From Sphyrna mokarran (lineage: Eukaryota), in NCBI GenBank assembly GCA_024679065.1, contig JAGIQG010000019.1, forward strand, positions 45,012,001 through 45,076,000: a DNA stretch of 64,000 nucleotides, written 5' to 3'. The notes beneath the pieces are model-generated. The model saw only the letters and a list, made by a program, of their open reading frames with translations, was not told the DNA's origin and made no database searches. Position numbers and translations under genes: made by a program. Shown here piece after piece: positions 1 through 11,696 of this stretch (position 1 is its first letter; every line of letters starts with the position of its first letter).

Positions 1-460
1 CTCATTTGAGGTGCTGAGTCACTGACCAGTTCCGCTGGCTTAAACAGACACGAGAGATCCCATGTCATTACTCAAACAGGGTAAAGTTTGACAACACCGA
101 TTTTAAATCCAACCGATTTATTTGATAGTAAATCCACGAGTTTTCGGCTTCGAAGGCTTGTGGATTTACTATCAAATAAATCGGTTGGATTTAAAATCGA
201 TGTTGTCAAACTTTACTGAGTTTACCCCAGTCCAACGCCGGCATCTTTACATCATGATTACTCAAACAGGAGCAGGGAATTTCTTCTGGAATTCTCTCCA
301 GTGTCGCCTGTCAACTCACAGCACCAGAAAGCAATTCTCTGATAGTGGGAGCTTGCTGTGTACATAAATGACTGTAATATTTGACTACTTAATGACAATA
401 ATAAGTATACAAAGAAGTTCACTGTATGTGAGGTGTTGCAACGCATCTTTGACACATGTA
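1..460 (+). mobile_element. Old Deu-domain-type SINE remnant (SacSINE1/AmnSINE-like), interrupted by a PLE hairpin insertion
   Basis: GATCCCATGTCATTACTCAAACAGG|AGCAGGGAATTTC resembles the Deu-domain GATCCCATGGCACTATT..GAGCAGGGGAGTTCTC; GTGGGAGCTTGCTGTGTACATAAATG resembles the tail. Degenerate. Confidence 0.45.
81..256 (+). mobile_element. Short Penelope-like (PLE) fold-back insertion, family 1 variant, 14-bp TSD
   Basis: 66-bp inverted repeat 81-146/151-216, then tail TGAGTTTACCCCAGTCCAACGCCGGCATCTTTACATCATG; TSD ATTACTCAAACAGG at 67-80 and 257-270. Confidence 0.75.
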
Positions 461-611
461 ATAAGATTTAAGAAAGGCCCATCAAATTTTCCACCCACTT
501 CAGAATTTCAATCCTCTTATTTATCAATCCTACTTTATGCTTTAACCCCAACCCCCACCCCAGACATTTGTTCTTTCTACCTCCCAATAGTTAGGTTTTT
601 CCTAACTCCCA

Positions 612-790
612 TGATATGGCACAATGGAAAATGATTAGCATTGCTGTCCCACAGACCTGGGTTCAATTCCAACCTTGGATAAATGACATTCTCCCTGTGT
701 CTGTGCTCCAGTTTCCTTGCACAGTCTAAAGATGTGCGGGTTAGGGGAACTGGCCACGCTAAATTGACCCTACCTCCATTTAGCTGACTC
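612..790 (+). mobile_element. Degraded, 3'-truncated HE1/V-SINE
   Basis: tRNA-like head (GATTAGCATTGCTG..GGGTTCAATTCC) plus partial V core (TTCTCCCTGTGTCTG..CACAGTCTAAAGATGTGCGGGTTAGG). Confidence 0.6.
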
Positions 791-831
791 ACTCTGATTT
801 AATTTTTGAGGTAACAGACATTTAATGAGTT

Positions 832-1180
832 TTTTTTTAATTAAACCATGGGACGTGGGTGTCACTGGCTTTTATTTCCCATCCCTTGTGGCCCTTGGAG
901 GGCAGTTGAGAGTAATCGCATTGCTGTGGCTCTGGAGTCACAGTATAGGCCAGACCAGGTAAGGATGGCAGATTTTCTTCCCTAAAGGACATTAGTGAAC
1001 CAGATTGATTTTTCTGACAAGATTTCACGGTCATCAGCAGATTCTTAATTCCACATTTTTTTTGTTGAATTCAGATTCCATCAGCTGCTGTTGTGGGATT
1101 GGAACCCAGGTCTCTAGAGCATCAGCTGAGTTTCTGGAATCATAGTCCAGTGATAACACCACTAGGTCATCGCCTCCCCA
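832..1180 (-). mobile_element. tRNA-derived SINE family B (tail GGGCAATAAATGCTGGCC type)
   Basis: Reverse complement matches the plus copies at 19605, 25270 and 30493: head GGGGAGGCGATGACCTAGTGG, core TTTAGGGAAGAAAATCTGCCATCCTTACCTGGTCTGGCC. Confidence 0.75.
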
Positions 1181-1775
1181 TGTATCAGGGGTTGTCTACA
1201 TCAGGAGGTCTCACCTCATAGAACTGCCAGCCAATCAGAGGATAGTATCTCTGCACATGGGTAGCATCAGCTGGAATGATGGCCATTGCACTGAGTAATG
1301 GACCCAGGCATTCAGGTCCTTTGGGAACCTGAGGCTCCAGCGAAGAAGGGTCGGGGGTGCTGGACAGGGTCAGGGGCAGAGGGTGAATGTGAGGATTTTG
1401 AAAATGAAGGGAAGGACTTCTGATTGGCACCAGGGGCCTAAAAGGAGGCATTCGCCCCCTTAACTGGGCAACAGTCTGCAGAGTTAAACCCGTTGTGCTG
1501 TGTGCCAACCTTGCTCACCACCCATTAACCCACAGCTGGATGAGTTATCAATAGTGCATCAATTGCCTATATAAGGTTTCAACTGAACGATGGACAAGTG
1601 ACCCACTCAATATCTCCCCCAATATTTGTAAAATTGTATTGGGAACCAGGGCAGATAGACAGGAGACAGGCTTTCTGCCAATGGCACTTTGTTCTTAATT
1701 ACAAGTCCACCCACCCTACTTTTCCACCTATATGCAGCCTGTAAAATCCAGACTATTATCCCTGTATTTACTGTA

Positions 1776-2128
1776 GGGCGGCACTGTGCCACAACGGTTA
1801 GCACTGCCGGCTCACAGTGCCAGGGATCCGGGTTTAATACCGGCCTTGGGTCATTGTCTGTGTGGAGTTTGCATGTTCTCCTGGTTTGTGTAAGTCTCCT
1901 CTGAGTGCTCTGGTTTCCTCCCACAGTCCAAAGATGTGTAGGTTAAGTAGATTCGTCATGCTAAATTGCCTGCTAGTGTCTCAAGGTGTACAGGTCAGGG
2001 GGATTGGCGGAGTAAATATGTGGGGTGGATCGAGCAGGGAGTTTGGGGCTGGATAAGATGTTCTGTTTGAGAGTTGGTGCAGAATCAATAGGCTGAATGG
2101 CCTCCTTCTGTACTGTAAGGATTCTATC
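1776..2128 (+). mobile_element. HE1/V-SINE, full length, CR1-type tail
   Basis: GGGCGGCAC..GGTTAGCACTGCCGGCTCACAG head, GGAGTTTGCATGTTCTCC V core, tail GAATGGCCTCCTTCTGTACTGTAAGGATTCTAT. Confidence 0.85.
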
Positions 2129-2199
2129 ACCTACAATGGTTCCCATTCTGTGCTACCATTGAAAGTTCCTCATTTTTATACTCTAATCGCCATTGTGCT

Positions 2200-2480
2200 A
2201 TTACCTTTCCCTGTAACTTCCTGCAGTCTGATGATCCTCCAAGATCTTTACTTTCCTCTGCTTCTGATCTCTTCTGCATCCTCAAGTTTTATTTATAAAA
2301 GCGGAATGCTGCCAGAAACCTGAACAATACTCAACAGGTCAGGCAGCATCTGTGGAAAGACAGACAGTTTGATGCCCTCCTATGACAGCTGATTTTTCAC
2401 TCACCCAATAATGGAAGGGTCTTCAGCTAGCAAGACAGTCAGCTCTGGAATTTCCTCTCCAAACCTCTGTTTTCTCTCTC
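2200..2480 (+). mobile_element. Probable old L2 3' fragment, interrupted by a PLE family-2 terminal fragment (2293-2390, minus)
   Basis: CTCTGGAATTTCCTCTCCAAACCTCT is L2-like; insert GCTGCCAGAAACC..CTCAACAGGTCAGGCAGCATCTGTGGA matches the other PLE family-2 copies. Confidence 0.35.
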
Positions 2481-2509
2481 TCTCTCTCTCTCCACTAGTT
2501 AGGGTTATA

Positions 2510-3170
2510 GACTCATAGAGTATTACAACATAGAAACAGGCCTTTCAGCCCTACAGGTCCATGCTGACCATGCTGCCCTCCCAGCTAGATTCAATTGCCC
2601 ACATTTGGCCTAAATCCCTCTAATCCTTTCTCGTTAATGTACTTATCCAAATGTTTTTTTACATGTTACTATTGTACCTGTCTCAACCACTTTCTCTGAC
2701 AGCTCATTCCACGCATGCACCATCCTTTGCGTGAAGAAGTTACTCCTCAGGGTTTTTTTAAATCTTTCCCCTCTTACCTTAAACCTGTGCCCTGTAGTTT
2801 TCAATTTCCCTTCCCTGGGAAAAAGACTATGAGAAGAATTTTCTCATCCCATCTGCAATGAGAATCGGAGTGGGCGAGGGGGCAGACCACTCGAAGGTCT
2901 ATTGGCCTTGGAGGGTTTCATACAGTTTTGGGGCAAGCGCAGCCAGAAAATCCTGCCTTGTGTGTTCATCCTATCTATGGTCCTTATGATTTTATATACC
3001 TCAGTAAGGTCAACCCTTCTACATTCCAAGGGATATAATCCTAGCCTGAACAACTGCTACTTATAAGTCAAGCCCAATAGTATGGCAACATTCCTGTAAA
3101 CGTTCTCTGTATTTTTTTCCAGGTTATCCATTTCTTTTCTACAAGAAAACTGTACACAGTTCCTTCAGGA
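2510..3170 (-). mobile_element. CR1/HER1-like LINE 3' fragment
   Basis: Minus ORF 2844-3053 reads RLGLYPLECRRVDLTEVYKIIRTIDR (CR1 RT C-terminus); tail GAAAGGCCTGTTTCTATG on minus. Confidence 0.8.
2830..2958. mobile_element. MITE (Harbinger-like termini) inserted in CR1
   Basis: Imperfect TIRs GAGAAGAATTTTCT / AGAAAATCCTGCC; body resembles 23516-23664 and 25677-25802. Confidence 0.5.
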
Positions 3171-3344
3171 TTTTTCCCAAAGCCTAACACTTCGACCAAT
3201 CTCTTGTTGTAATATCTTCTATGTGACTAGATTTTGTCTGATAATCGGATGTTTTCTTCCTATGTTAAAGGCGCTAAATAAATTAAAGCTGCTGTGCGAG
3301 AACATCTCGCACCCAGTAGTTCCCAGATCCGAAATTTCCCAAAC

Positions 3345-3446
3345 TCCTACTATCCCTGCATCCCCCCCCGTCATACCCCCATCCCATCCCCCCACTGCAT
3401 TCCCAACCCCAGCTCCCCATTCCCGCTCCCCCACTCCCAGTATTCC
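3345..3446. repeat. C-tract-rich low-complexity segment (G-quadruplex/i-motif capable)
   Basis: About a dozen runs of 3-8 C separated by short spacers. Confidence 0.75.
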
Positions 3447-3489
3447 GTTCTGTACATTGCAAGTGTGGAGGTCTAGAACGCAAGATGCA

Positions 3490-4040
3490 GATATTTTAAT
3501 TTTAGATGGCAATTAAACAGTGGGATCACTGTTTACTAAAAGAGCGAGGAAAACAAGCACATTGCTTCGACGTTTGATAGTACAATCATTCGTACTGCGT
3601 TTGACTGAAAGAAGGTAACAGGCATGCAAATCTTTTACTGTCAACTTCTGTGGATACCTGGTACCATTAGCTGATGGATGAAATTAAGCATGGAACTGAT
3701 TTCCTAATCATTTTCTATGCATTTATCAGACATATTTACTTCATAGTGAGTCCGTGCAAAGGAAGCCGTGTTTGAAAAAAAAGTAATATATTCTGCAACA
3801 CAAAATCTGGTTTTATGTTTCCAAAGATAAAAAGGCTCCAAACTGCTTACGGCATGACATTTACGCTGACTAAATCTCACAGACAGATGAACAATTAACA
3901 GATTAGCGTTTGCAAAGATGAAATGGAGGCCGGGACTGTGTAATGCAAAAGCACAATGATCCTTATCATTATACACTTATCTTCGCTTTTAGAACAGGCT
4001 AATGCAGAAATAAGTTTTGACTATTGGAGGAAAAAAATGC
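3490..4040. promoter_or_regulatory. Candidate conserved non-coding element/enhancer
   Basis: Non-repetitive, AT-rich with retained CpGs; octamer ATGCAAAT near 3624, TGTCAA, several CAATTA/TAAT cores. Conservation not tested. Confidence 0.35.
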
Positions 4041-4050
4041 AATTTTAAAA

Positions 4051-4300
4051 GATACATATATACATATATATATATCTGCATGTATGGAAATAACATGCAC
4101 TATATATATAATATATATGAATATAATACACAATACAATACACAAACACATGCATTATATATGAATATATAAGAGTTCATTTGTGTGTCTGTGTGTATAA
4201 ATATATAGGTGCATACATATCCTATAACTATAAGATATATTAAATACGAGTGCATAAATATATATGTAGGTGAATGTATATGTCTAACAGATGGATTTAA
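4051..4300. repeat. Degenerate (TA)n/(CA)n microsatellite region
   Basis: ATACATATATACATATATATATAT and similar runs. Confidence 0.8.
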
Positions 4301-4809
4301 AATATTTACGTGTGAACCAAATTAAAAGTTCTATTGAAATATGAATTTAGTTTTCATTTGTTGAGGAGTATTAAATTTTGCAAGTCATTCGAAAGATTAA
4401 TTAGGCCACAATTTTCCAACTGTGTAAAATACTGTACTGTATATTTTGTAGGTTGAGTTTAATTTCCATCAGTCCAAAATTCTTTCATTTTAACCATAAG
4501 AAAATGAGACAAACAGCCCAAAATCAGTCTGAAAGTAGTAAAGGGGCAATTCTGGTTTGGATATGAAGGGTTTGCAAATTGTTGGAGAAACCTGACATTG
4601 TTGAGATCTAGAGGAAAGAAAACAAAGGAATGGAAATATGATTTCAATCAAATGTTACTGCAGCATTGTGGGGGGTTGAGAGGATAGTTACAAAGTTACG
4701 AAGACATGAAGAAGGAATGAAATGAAAAATTAGCAGACTAACAAAAGTAGTAAAATTAATGCAAAGACATGCGTCTGTCTATTTTGGTGGTTACAAATCA
4801 GCAATTTAT

Positions 4810-5130
4810 TGGCTGGCACAATGGCACAGTAGTTAGTACTGCTGCTTCACAGTGCCAGGGACCCGGGTTCAATTCCAGTTTTGGGTCACTGTGTGTGGAG
4901 TTTGAACCTTCTCCCTGTGATTGCATGGGTTTTCTCTGGGTGCTCCTGTTTTCCCCTCAGTCCAAAAATGTATGGGTTAGGTTGATTGGCCATGTCAAAT
5001 TGCCCTTGAATGTTTAGGGGGATTGCCAGAGTAAATATGTAATGTTACTGGAATAGGGCCTGGGTAGGATTGTGGTCAGTGTCGGCTCAATGGGTCGAAT
5101 GGCCTCCTTATGCACTGGAGGGATTCTACG
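4810..5130 (+). mobile_element. HE1/V-SINE, CR1-type tail
   Basis: GGCACAATGGCACAGTAGTTAGTACTGCTGCTTCACAG head, V core, GAATGGCCTCCTTATGCACTGGAGGGATTCTA tail. Confidence 0.85.
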
Positions 5131-5887
5131 AACGGTTAATCTGCACTTTGCCACTAATGTTTGACACATTTGTCAAATAACATGCTTTAGCTGAAATTTG
5201 GTATGGTACAGGACCATCATTAGTTGGGAGTTTGCCTTTCTGGTGATTCCTGTCCCTCAGTAGAACAAATTGGCCCACAGGTATCGATTATTTTGAACAG
5301 TAATGCTCCGATTACTCCTCTTGTTGTTTGATCATTGGCCAAGCAAACGAAAGGAAACAACTTCTTAATCCTGAGAAAGAAATTCGCATTTATATAATTT
5401 GTCTCATAGCTTAAGGATGCTGCAAAATATGGCTTTTGAAATACGACCACTATTGAAACATAAGGAAATTCAAAACTATCCTTCAATAAGCTGTAAGATA
5501 ACCAGCAGATAATCGATGTTTTGGAGGCATTGGTTGAGTGATAAATGTTAGCTTTGGACATCCCTGCTCAACCCCTTGAAGAGTGAAATGTCATCTTTTA
5601 CATCCAGATTTGTTTGACGTCTTATCTGAGATGTGGGAGTTCATTAATTGGATTCCTTTTAAAGGTCTAGCAGTCATAGAATATTGCAATTAACTTTAAA
5701 ATAACTCTTCCATTTGTGTTGCATTATGCTCAAACAGCATATCTTAGCAATATCATTGTGGCATCAGCGCGGAGGAGTTAGTGAGCCTGGAGTATTGAAT
5801 GCACATCATCAAAGATTTAATCGTTAACCCAGCATATTTCTTCACAGACTTATTTAGCTCCCTTACACCATGAGGGCTCAGTAACTC

Positions 5888-6210
5888 ATCATAGAACCCT
5901 ACAGTGCGGAAGGAGGCCATTTGTCCCATCATGTCAGCACCGCCCACAATTCCACCCAGGACTTATCCCCTTAATTCCAGTTATTTCCCCTACTAGTGCT
6001 CCCACTAAGGCACAATTTATTATGACCAATCAGCTTAACCTGCGTATTTTTAGGCTGTGGGAGGAAACCAGAGCATCTGGAGAAAAACCCACACAGACAC
6101 AGAGAGAACGTGCAGACACTACACAGACAGTTATTCAAGGCTGGAACTGAACCCAAGCCCCTGGCGCTGTGAGGCAGCAGTGCTAAGCACTGTGCCACCA
6201 TGCCACCCAC
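5888..6210 (-). mobile_element. HE1/V-SINE, CR1-type tail
   Basis: Reverse complement of HE1 head, V core and tail. Confidence 0.85.
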
Positions 6211-6418
6211 CAAAGTAATATCCCCAACTATTGGACTTTACTATTAAATCATCACAGAAAGAGACAGGAAAATAATGGGCTTCAAGTCAATCTGAATGCT
6301 TTTGAATTTTTTTTAAATTAGCAATAATAATAAGGCAATATAAAGTTGGAGAACTGCCTTTTTTGATGATGTTTCTTAAACATGAAGGTTTTATGTTGCA
6401 TTTCAAGAGTTCAGACTC

Positions 6419-6510
6419 ATATAGATACAATTATATACATATACACACACACACATATATATAATTGATGTAGATATTTATATATAAACATATATATTTT
6501 GTATATGTGA
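6419..6510. repeat. (TA)n/(CA)n microsatellite
   Basis: ATATACACACACACACATATATATA. Confidence 0.8.
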
Positions 6511-6611
6511 CTTCACAGAAGATTCAATTTTTCGCTGTAATTTTAACAAACTTGGAAACCTGTTTATAACAATCAGTTTTAGGATTTTGTAACAGCAGAC
6601 TGAGGATATAA

Positions 6612-7440
6612 ATACAATCATACATTGCAGAAGAGGCCCTTCTGCCCATCCAGTCTGTACTGAAACGTGAGAAACATCTAACCTTCTTATCTAATCCCAT
6701 TTTCCAGCACTTAGCGTAAGACATTACAAAAGGTTGTGAATACAGCCCAATCAATCATCCAAACCAGCCTTCCATCCATTGACTCTGTCTACACTTCATG
6801 CTGCCCCCGCCACAGCAAAGCAGTCAGCATAATTAAGGATCCCACATACCCTGGACATTCTCTCTTCCGTCTCTCTCTTCGGGAAAACGATACAAAATTT
6901 TGAGGTCAAGTATCAACTGACTCAAGAATAGCTTCTTCCCTGCTGCTGTCAAGCTTTTGAATGGATCTACTTCATATTAAGTTGATCTTTCTCTGCACCC
7001 TAGTTATGACTGTAACACTACATTCTGCACTCTCTCCTTTCCTTTTCTATGAACAGCACATTCTGTCTGTGTAGCACGCAAGGAACAATACATTTCACTG
7101 CATATTAATACAAGTGACAAAAATAAATCAAATCACATCAAACTTGGCCCATCACCCTGTATGTTATGATGTGACCAAGTGCTCATTCAGGTACTTTTTA
7201 AAGATTATGAGGCAATTCTCCTCTACCGCCCTTCCAGGCAGTGAATTCCAGACTGTCACCATCCTCTGGGTAAAAACAGCTTTCCCTCACATCCCCCCTA
7301 AACCTCCTGTCCCCTCACCTTGAACTTGTGCACCTCATGACTGGCCCTTCAGCTCAGAGGAACTCAATTGAAGGCTCCTTATCCACTCTCTCCAGGCCCC
7401 TCATCCACTTTGATCAGGCCACCCTCAGTTTTCTCTGCAT
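6612..7440 (-). mobile_element. CR1-like LINE 3' fragment split by a Rex1 insertion
   Basis: Tail at 6612-6713 (GAAGAGGCCCTTCTGCCCATCCAG); resumes at about 7143 with GGCAGTGAATTCCAGAC..CTCTGGGTAAAAAC, a typical CR1 C-terminal region. Confidence 0.7.
6714..7143 (+). mobile_element. Rex1/Babar LINE 3' fragment
   Basis: Encodes LPSIDSVYTSCC..KAVSIIKDPTYPGHSLF (Rex1 RT C-terminus); (AATCA)n tail. Confidence 0.8.
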
Positions 7441-7846
7441 GCCCAATAGTCCAGCTCTTGTTATACTTTCCCACTCCCCTGTGGAACAAACTGGAACTGA
7501 TCCAATTGGTATCAGTAGTGGACACCACAATATGCTGAGCAAAAGAAGGGACTACTATCCCATCAAAACAATTTCATAATTCTGGGCAAGCTTCCAATCC
7601 AATAAAAGTAAAAATCTAGGATTTTAGGTTTGTTTAATCAGAATATGCAAGACTCAGTGACTAGCCCCTCACTTCACTGGCTATTGTGCCTGACTAACAT
7701 TGGCACTCACCAATATTCACAGATGCCCGAGCAAAAACAATTCATTTTTCTTCATTGAATGTCAACTGCTGCTTACGTTGCTTGTTGAGTTGCCCAATAG
7801 AGACTGAACGTTTCACCAAGAGAGAGATAGGCTTCATCCTGTTATT

Positions 7847-8210
7847 TGGGTGGCAGGGTGGCACAAGTGGATAGCACTGCTGCTTCACAGTGCCAAGAAC
7901 CCAGGTTCAATTCCCAGACGTGGGTGATGGTCTGTGTGGAGTCCGCATGAGCTCCGTGTCTGCATGGCTTTCATCTGGCTGCTCTGTTTTCCTCCGGAAG
8001 ATGTGCAGGTTAGATGCTGAACTGTCCCTTAGTATCCCAAGATGGGTGGGCTAGGGGGATTAGTGGGCTAAATGCTTGGGGTTACGGGGACCATGAATGG
8101 ATTGCCCCTTGGTGTCAGGGGATTTGTGGAGGGTTGCAAGGATTGGGCCTGGGCGGGATTATTGTCAGTGCAGATTCAATGGGCCGAATGGCCTGTTTTA
8201 GTCTATGTCC
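7847..8210 (+). mobile_element. HE1/V-SINE, diverged
   Basis: GGGTGGCAGGGTGGCAC head; GGGCCGAATGGCCTG tail. Confidence 0.75.
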
Positions 8211-10134
8211 CATTGGAATGCTGGTGGGTTCATTTTTCCAGGAATTTGATCATTGGTGTCAGTAATATTAGCAGACAAACATTAAATGCAGTCATAGAAC
8301 ATATATATAACAGAAACATTAAGTATTTAAGTTCAACTTCAAACATCCAGTGGCGACAGTCACATCATCCTATGATCTTAAAGAAGAAAGTTCACTGACG
8401 TTGGACCTGCATTAAAAATCAAACCAATTCAAATTCAAAATACCTGAATCATGATGCACGTTAAGAAATTCTCAGAAAAATAAAAGACTTGTTTTCTACG
8501 AAACAAGGCAGGTGGCAGCAGGAAAAGACCAAACGGAGCCACAGAGCTCTAGAAGTGGAAGGATAAATGACTGAATGTTTCCTACAAATTAGTGAGCACT
8601 CTATATTATTCAGTTCTTCAAAGTTGGAGTTCCTTCTAGCCCCAGGCAAATTGCCAAATAGAACTTTCCACCCCTGCTGCTCTGTGACAAAATGGAGGAC
8701 CTATATTAATACATTAACATGCAATAGATAAGTTGCTGCTTTTCTTAAATCAATTGGTCTCTTGTTACATTAAAAAAGTCATGCAGTCACTGCTCACAGT
8801 GAAATTTTCCACCGCTTGCTTGACAAAGAGTCAAAATCATCTCAGCAAGTCCTCTGAACACTGGAGTGAGCGACATCATTTGGAGGTATATGAGTGTGTT
8901 AAAATGCTGAACAGGGTGATTCTGTTAGCTGGCGTCATGGTATCTTAAAGGAAAGCTTTGTGAATGGCTCTTTTGGTAGGGTGATGCTACAGTTGACTTT
9001 AAAAGTCTACAGTCTTTAAGAACAGTCCAATTTGAATGTTTATTTTCAATGCATCTCTTACCTGTAAATCTTGAGGTGAGTGTTGCAATTATCTTACTTC
9101 CACTATGAATATAAACCAGACACAAAATTAAAAAGACCTGAGTCTTAAACTTCATCATAAATGATTCTAATGCCTCAGCAGGTTATGATAAGCAAAGCCT
9201 TCACTATCACATGATTATCGGAGTGAATCATCTGATGCTTTTCACTCTCAATAGTTGTTAGTCAAGTCAGTAGTTCGTCAATTATACATTATTATTGTCT
9301 TCAATAAAGCATCAATGAAATCATTCAGCCATTGGTTACTTAATCAAGCAATTCATATCCTTTAAGGTTAACACTAGTCGAAACATTTTATAAAGAGTCG
9401 CTGTTAGTAGCTAACACAATCCACATCCATTTGTCTATATCAGAATGAGCAACTTCTTAAATGTTGATGTCTAATGGGCATGGTGTTGTCAAATGACTTT
9501 GTTTCTAAATGGGAATGCGTCCAAGGTGTAAAGGAGGTCTTTATTTTCTCTCTACTGCAATGCCCCATTGATTGAAGTTAATTATTGGGAAGAGGACTCT
9601 GTTCCAAAAGCAACACAGTTGTCAACTGTTCCAGACTATGATGGATGCCCTGAATCCAAGATCACATTTCCAGCCTGTCCTACATCGCATTTGTTTTGTC
9701 GCACAGTCGTGCGATTGTACCTGAGTAAAATGGTTATTCTATGCCATTACAGCCACTTAAATGAGGAGTCAAATGACATTGGCAAACAGAAAGTGGGAAA
9801 GAAGCAGTTTTGAATGAGATCAGGCCTTTCCTTAGCTAAGCTGTTTTAAAACAAATTTAAGATGTCGGGATAAGAATGGAATGAGTAAGCTGTTTTATCC
9901 CAGTGAGCTTTGATTTCAAGTGTCCAAATGCTGAGCATCTTTGCCTATTTACTGAAAAGGAAGTAATCACCAATGTACCTTTTAGAAGTGTCAATGTGTC
10001 ACAGGCTCCAAAACTGACAACAAAAGATGAGAAAAGCAATGTGAAGACATATCTTGTGCCCAGAAAAAAAATGTAATATTCCAGTAGTATTTGAAATGGT
10101 CATTTTCCCAGAAAATCTTTGCACTTTGAACAAT

Positions 10135-10445
10135 GAACAAAAAAAAAAGAAAGATACAGCACAGGAACCGGCCCTTCAGCCCTTCAAGCCTGTACTGATC
10201 ATGATGCCTGCCTAAACTAAAACCTAAGGATGCACTTATGGAGTCCGTATCCTTCCCATTCTATTCATGTATTTGTCTTGTCTTAAATATTGCTATTGTA
10301 TCTACTCCCACCACTTCCCCAGGCAGCATATTCCAGACATTCACCACCCTCTGTGTAAAAAACTTGCCTCACACATCCCCTCTAACGTTTCCCCCATGCA
10401 CCTTAAACCTATATCCCCTAATACTTGACTTTCTATCATTGGAGT
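10135..10445 (-). mobile_element. CR1-like LINE 3' end
   Basis: Minus ORF 10369-10551 ends RGYRFKVHGGNVRGDV; tail CAGCACAGGAACCGGCCCTTCAGCCC. Confidence 0.8.
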
Positions 10446-10642
10446 CATCTTGTTGTACTGCTGAGAGTAACCAACGGCCCTGGAATGATGATATGAGGGA
10501 GGGCTCAATTAAACTATGATAGCTGATGACATGGCAAATGAAATGGAACATCTAGAATGCAGGATCATAGAGATTGTGAACGATCTCTAGTCAGAGGAGC
10601 TTGGTGAATTTACTGATGCTGCTCCATTTTATGAATGTGCTC

Positions 10643-11191
10643 AAAGGCAGGTGCTGGAATCTGAAACAGGACATATCAGTTGCACCATTTTGGGAAGTGC
10701 AGTCATCAGAACAGAAGTGGCAGAGTTAGAGGAATTGAGACAATGAAATGGAGTTCTTACAGGATATGTGGTGTGAAGAGCTATAGTGAAGGTAGTTGTG
10801 GGAATCATTGGGCGTGTAATGGATATTGCTGGACTTTCTATCGCCAGGAATAGAGACAGAGAAGTCGAGGAAGGGAATGGAAGTGTCAGAGATGGGTCAT
10901 GTGAAGGTGATGTACAGGTGGAAATTGGAACCCAAATTGACAAATATTTCCAGGTCCAAATGAAGCGGCACTGGAACAATCATCAGTGCACTGATGAAAG
11001 AGTTGTGGGAAAGGACCAGACTAGGACTGGAACAGGGAATATCCCACAGTACCCATAAAGAGACAGACATAAGTAGGACCTGTGCAGGTGCCTGTTGCCA
11101 CAGGCTCTGGAAAAGTGTCATCCTGACTCAAAACATTTGCTTTATCCTCTCTCCGTACCTGCTGAGGTTTTCCAGCATTTTTAGTTTTTGT
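10643..11191 (-). mobile_element. PLE composite: terminal-repeat pieces flanking a minus-strand PLE reverse-transcriptase fragment
   Basis: Minus frame reads LDLEIFVNLGSNFHLYITFT*PISDTSIPFLDFSV (PLE RT motif); family-2 termini at 10643-10667 and 11104-11191. Confidence 0.7.
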
Positions 11192-11589
11192 AGTGATGTA
11201 CTCGTGAGAATATGGAGAAGTGGGGAGACTGAGCGTTGTGGCTTCTCTAAGTCATCTGGGTGCAGTTATGTCCTAAACATAACAATCACTGCACCAACTC
11301 ACTAATGTTACCTCAGCAGCATTTCTGGCTTCTAAGCTTCTACCAGCAGACAAGAACAGTCGAGTCATAGGAACACAATCAACTCCTCTGAAAATCACAG
11401 ACCATCCTGACCTGAATATAAACAAGCATTGCTTCATCATTCTTGGGTCAAAAGTCTGGAATTCCCACTCAAACATCTTCATGATACTTATGAGGGCAGC
11501 AAAGGCAGAGGAACAAATTGATGTTACCAAATTGACCCTAAATTAGTCTTCCCTCAATCTTCCCCAATAGGCTTAGACAAAGGTCATAA

Positions 11590-11690
11590 GTAGAAGAGGG
11601 CACAAACAATGTTAAAATGGCGGCGCAGGCTCGTTTGGCTGAAGGGCCTGTTTCCCCGTGCTGTGTTGTTCTTTGTTCTTTGTTCTTTGA
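11590..11690 (+). mobile_element. Short CR1 3' tail with (TTCTTTG)n end
   Basis: GGCGGCGCAGGCTCGTTTGGCTGAAGGGCCTGTTTCCCCGTGCTGTGTTG is close to the tail at 45278-45327. Confidence 0.7.
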
Positions 11691-11696
11691 ACGGCA

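Noticed and set aside
81-216. Hairpin as a bacterial terminator, CRISPR repeat or canonical miRNA gene
   Set aside because: Eukaryotic context, no repeat-spacer array, and it is explained by PLE architecture with a TSD; no known miRNA recognised.
1776-1850. tRNA genes at SINE heads
   Set aside because: A/B-box-like motifs run directly into SINE bodies; no complete cloverleaf is evident.
3219-3516. Pro/Gly-rich overlapping ORFs
   Set aside because: Produced by the low-complexity C-tract.
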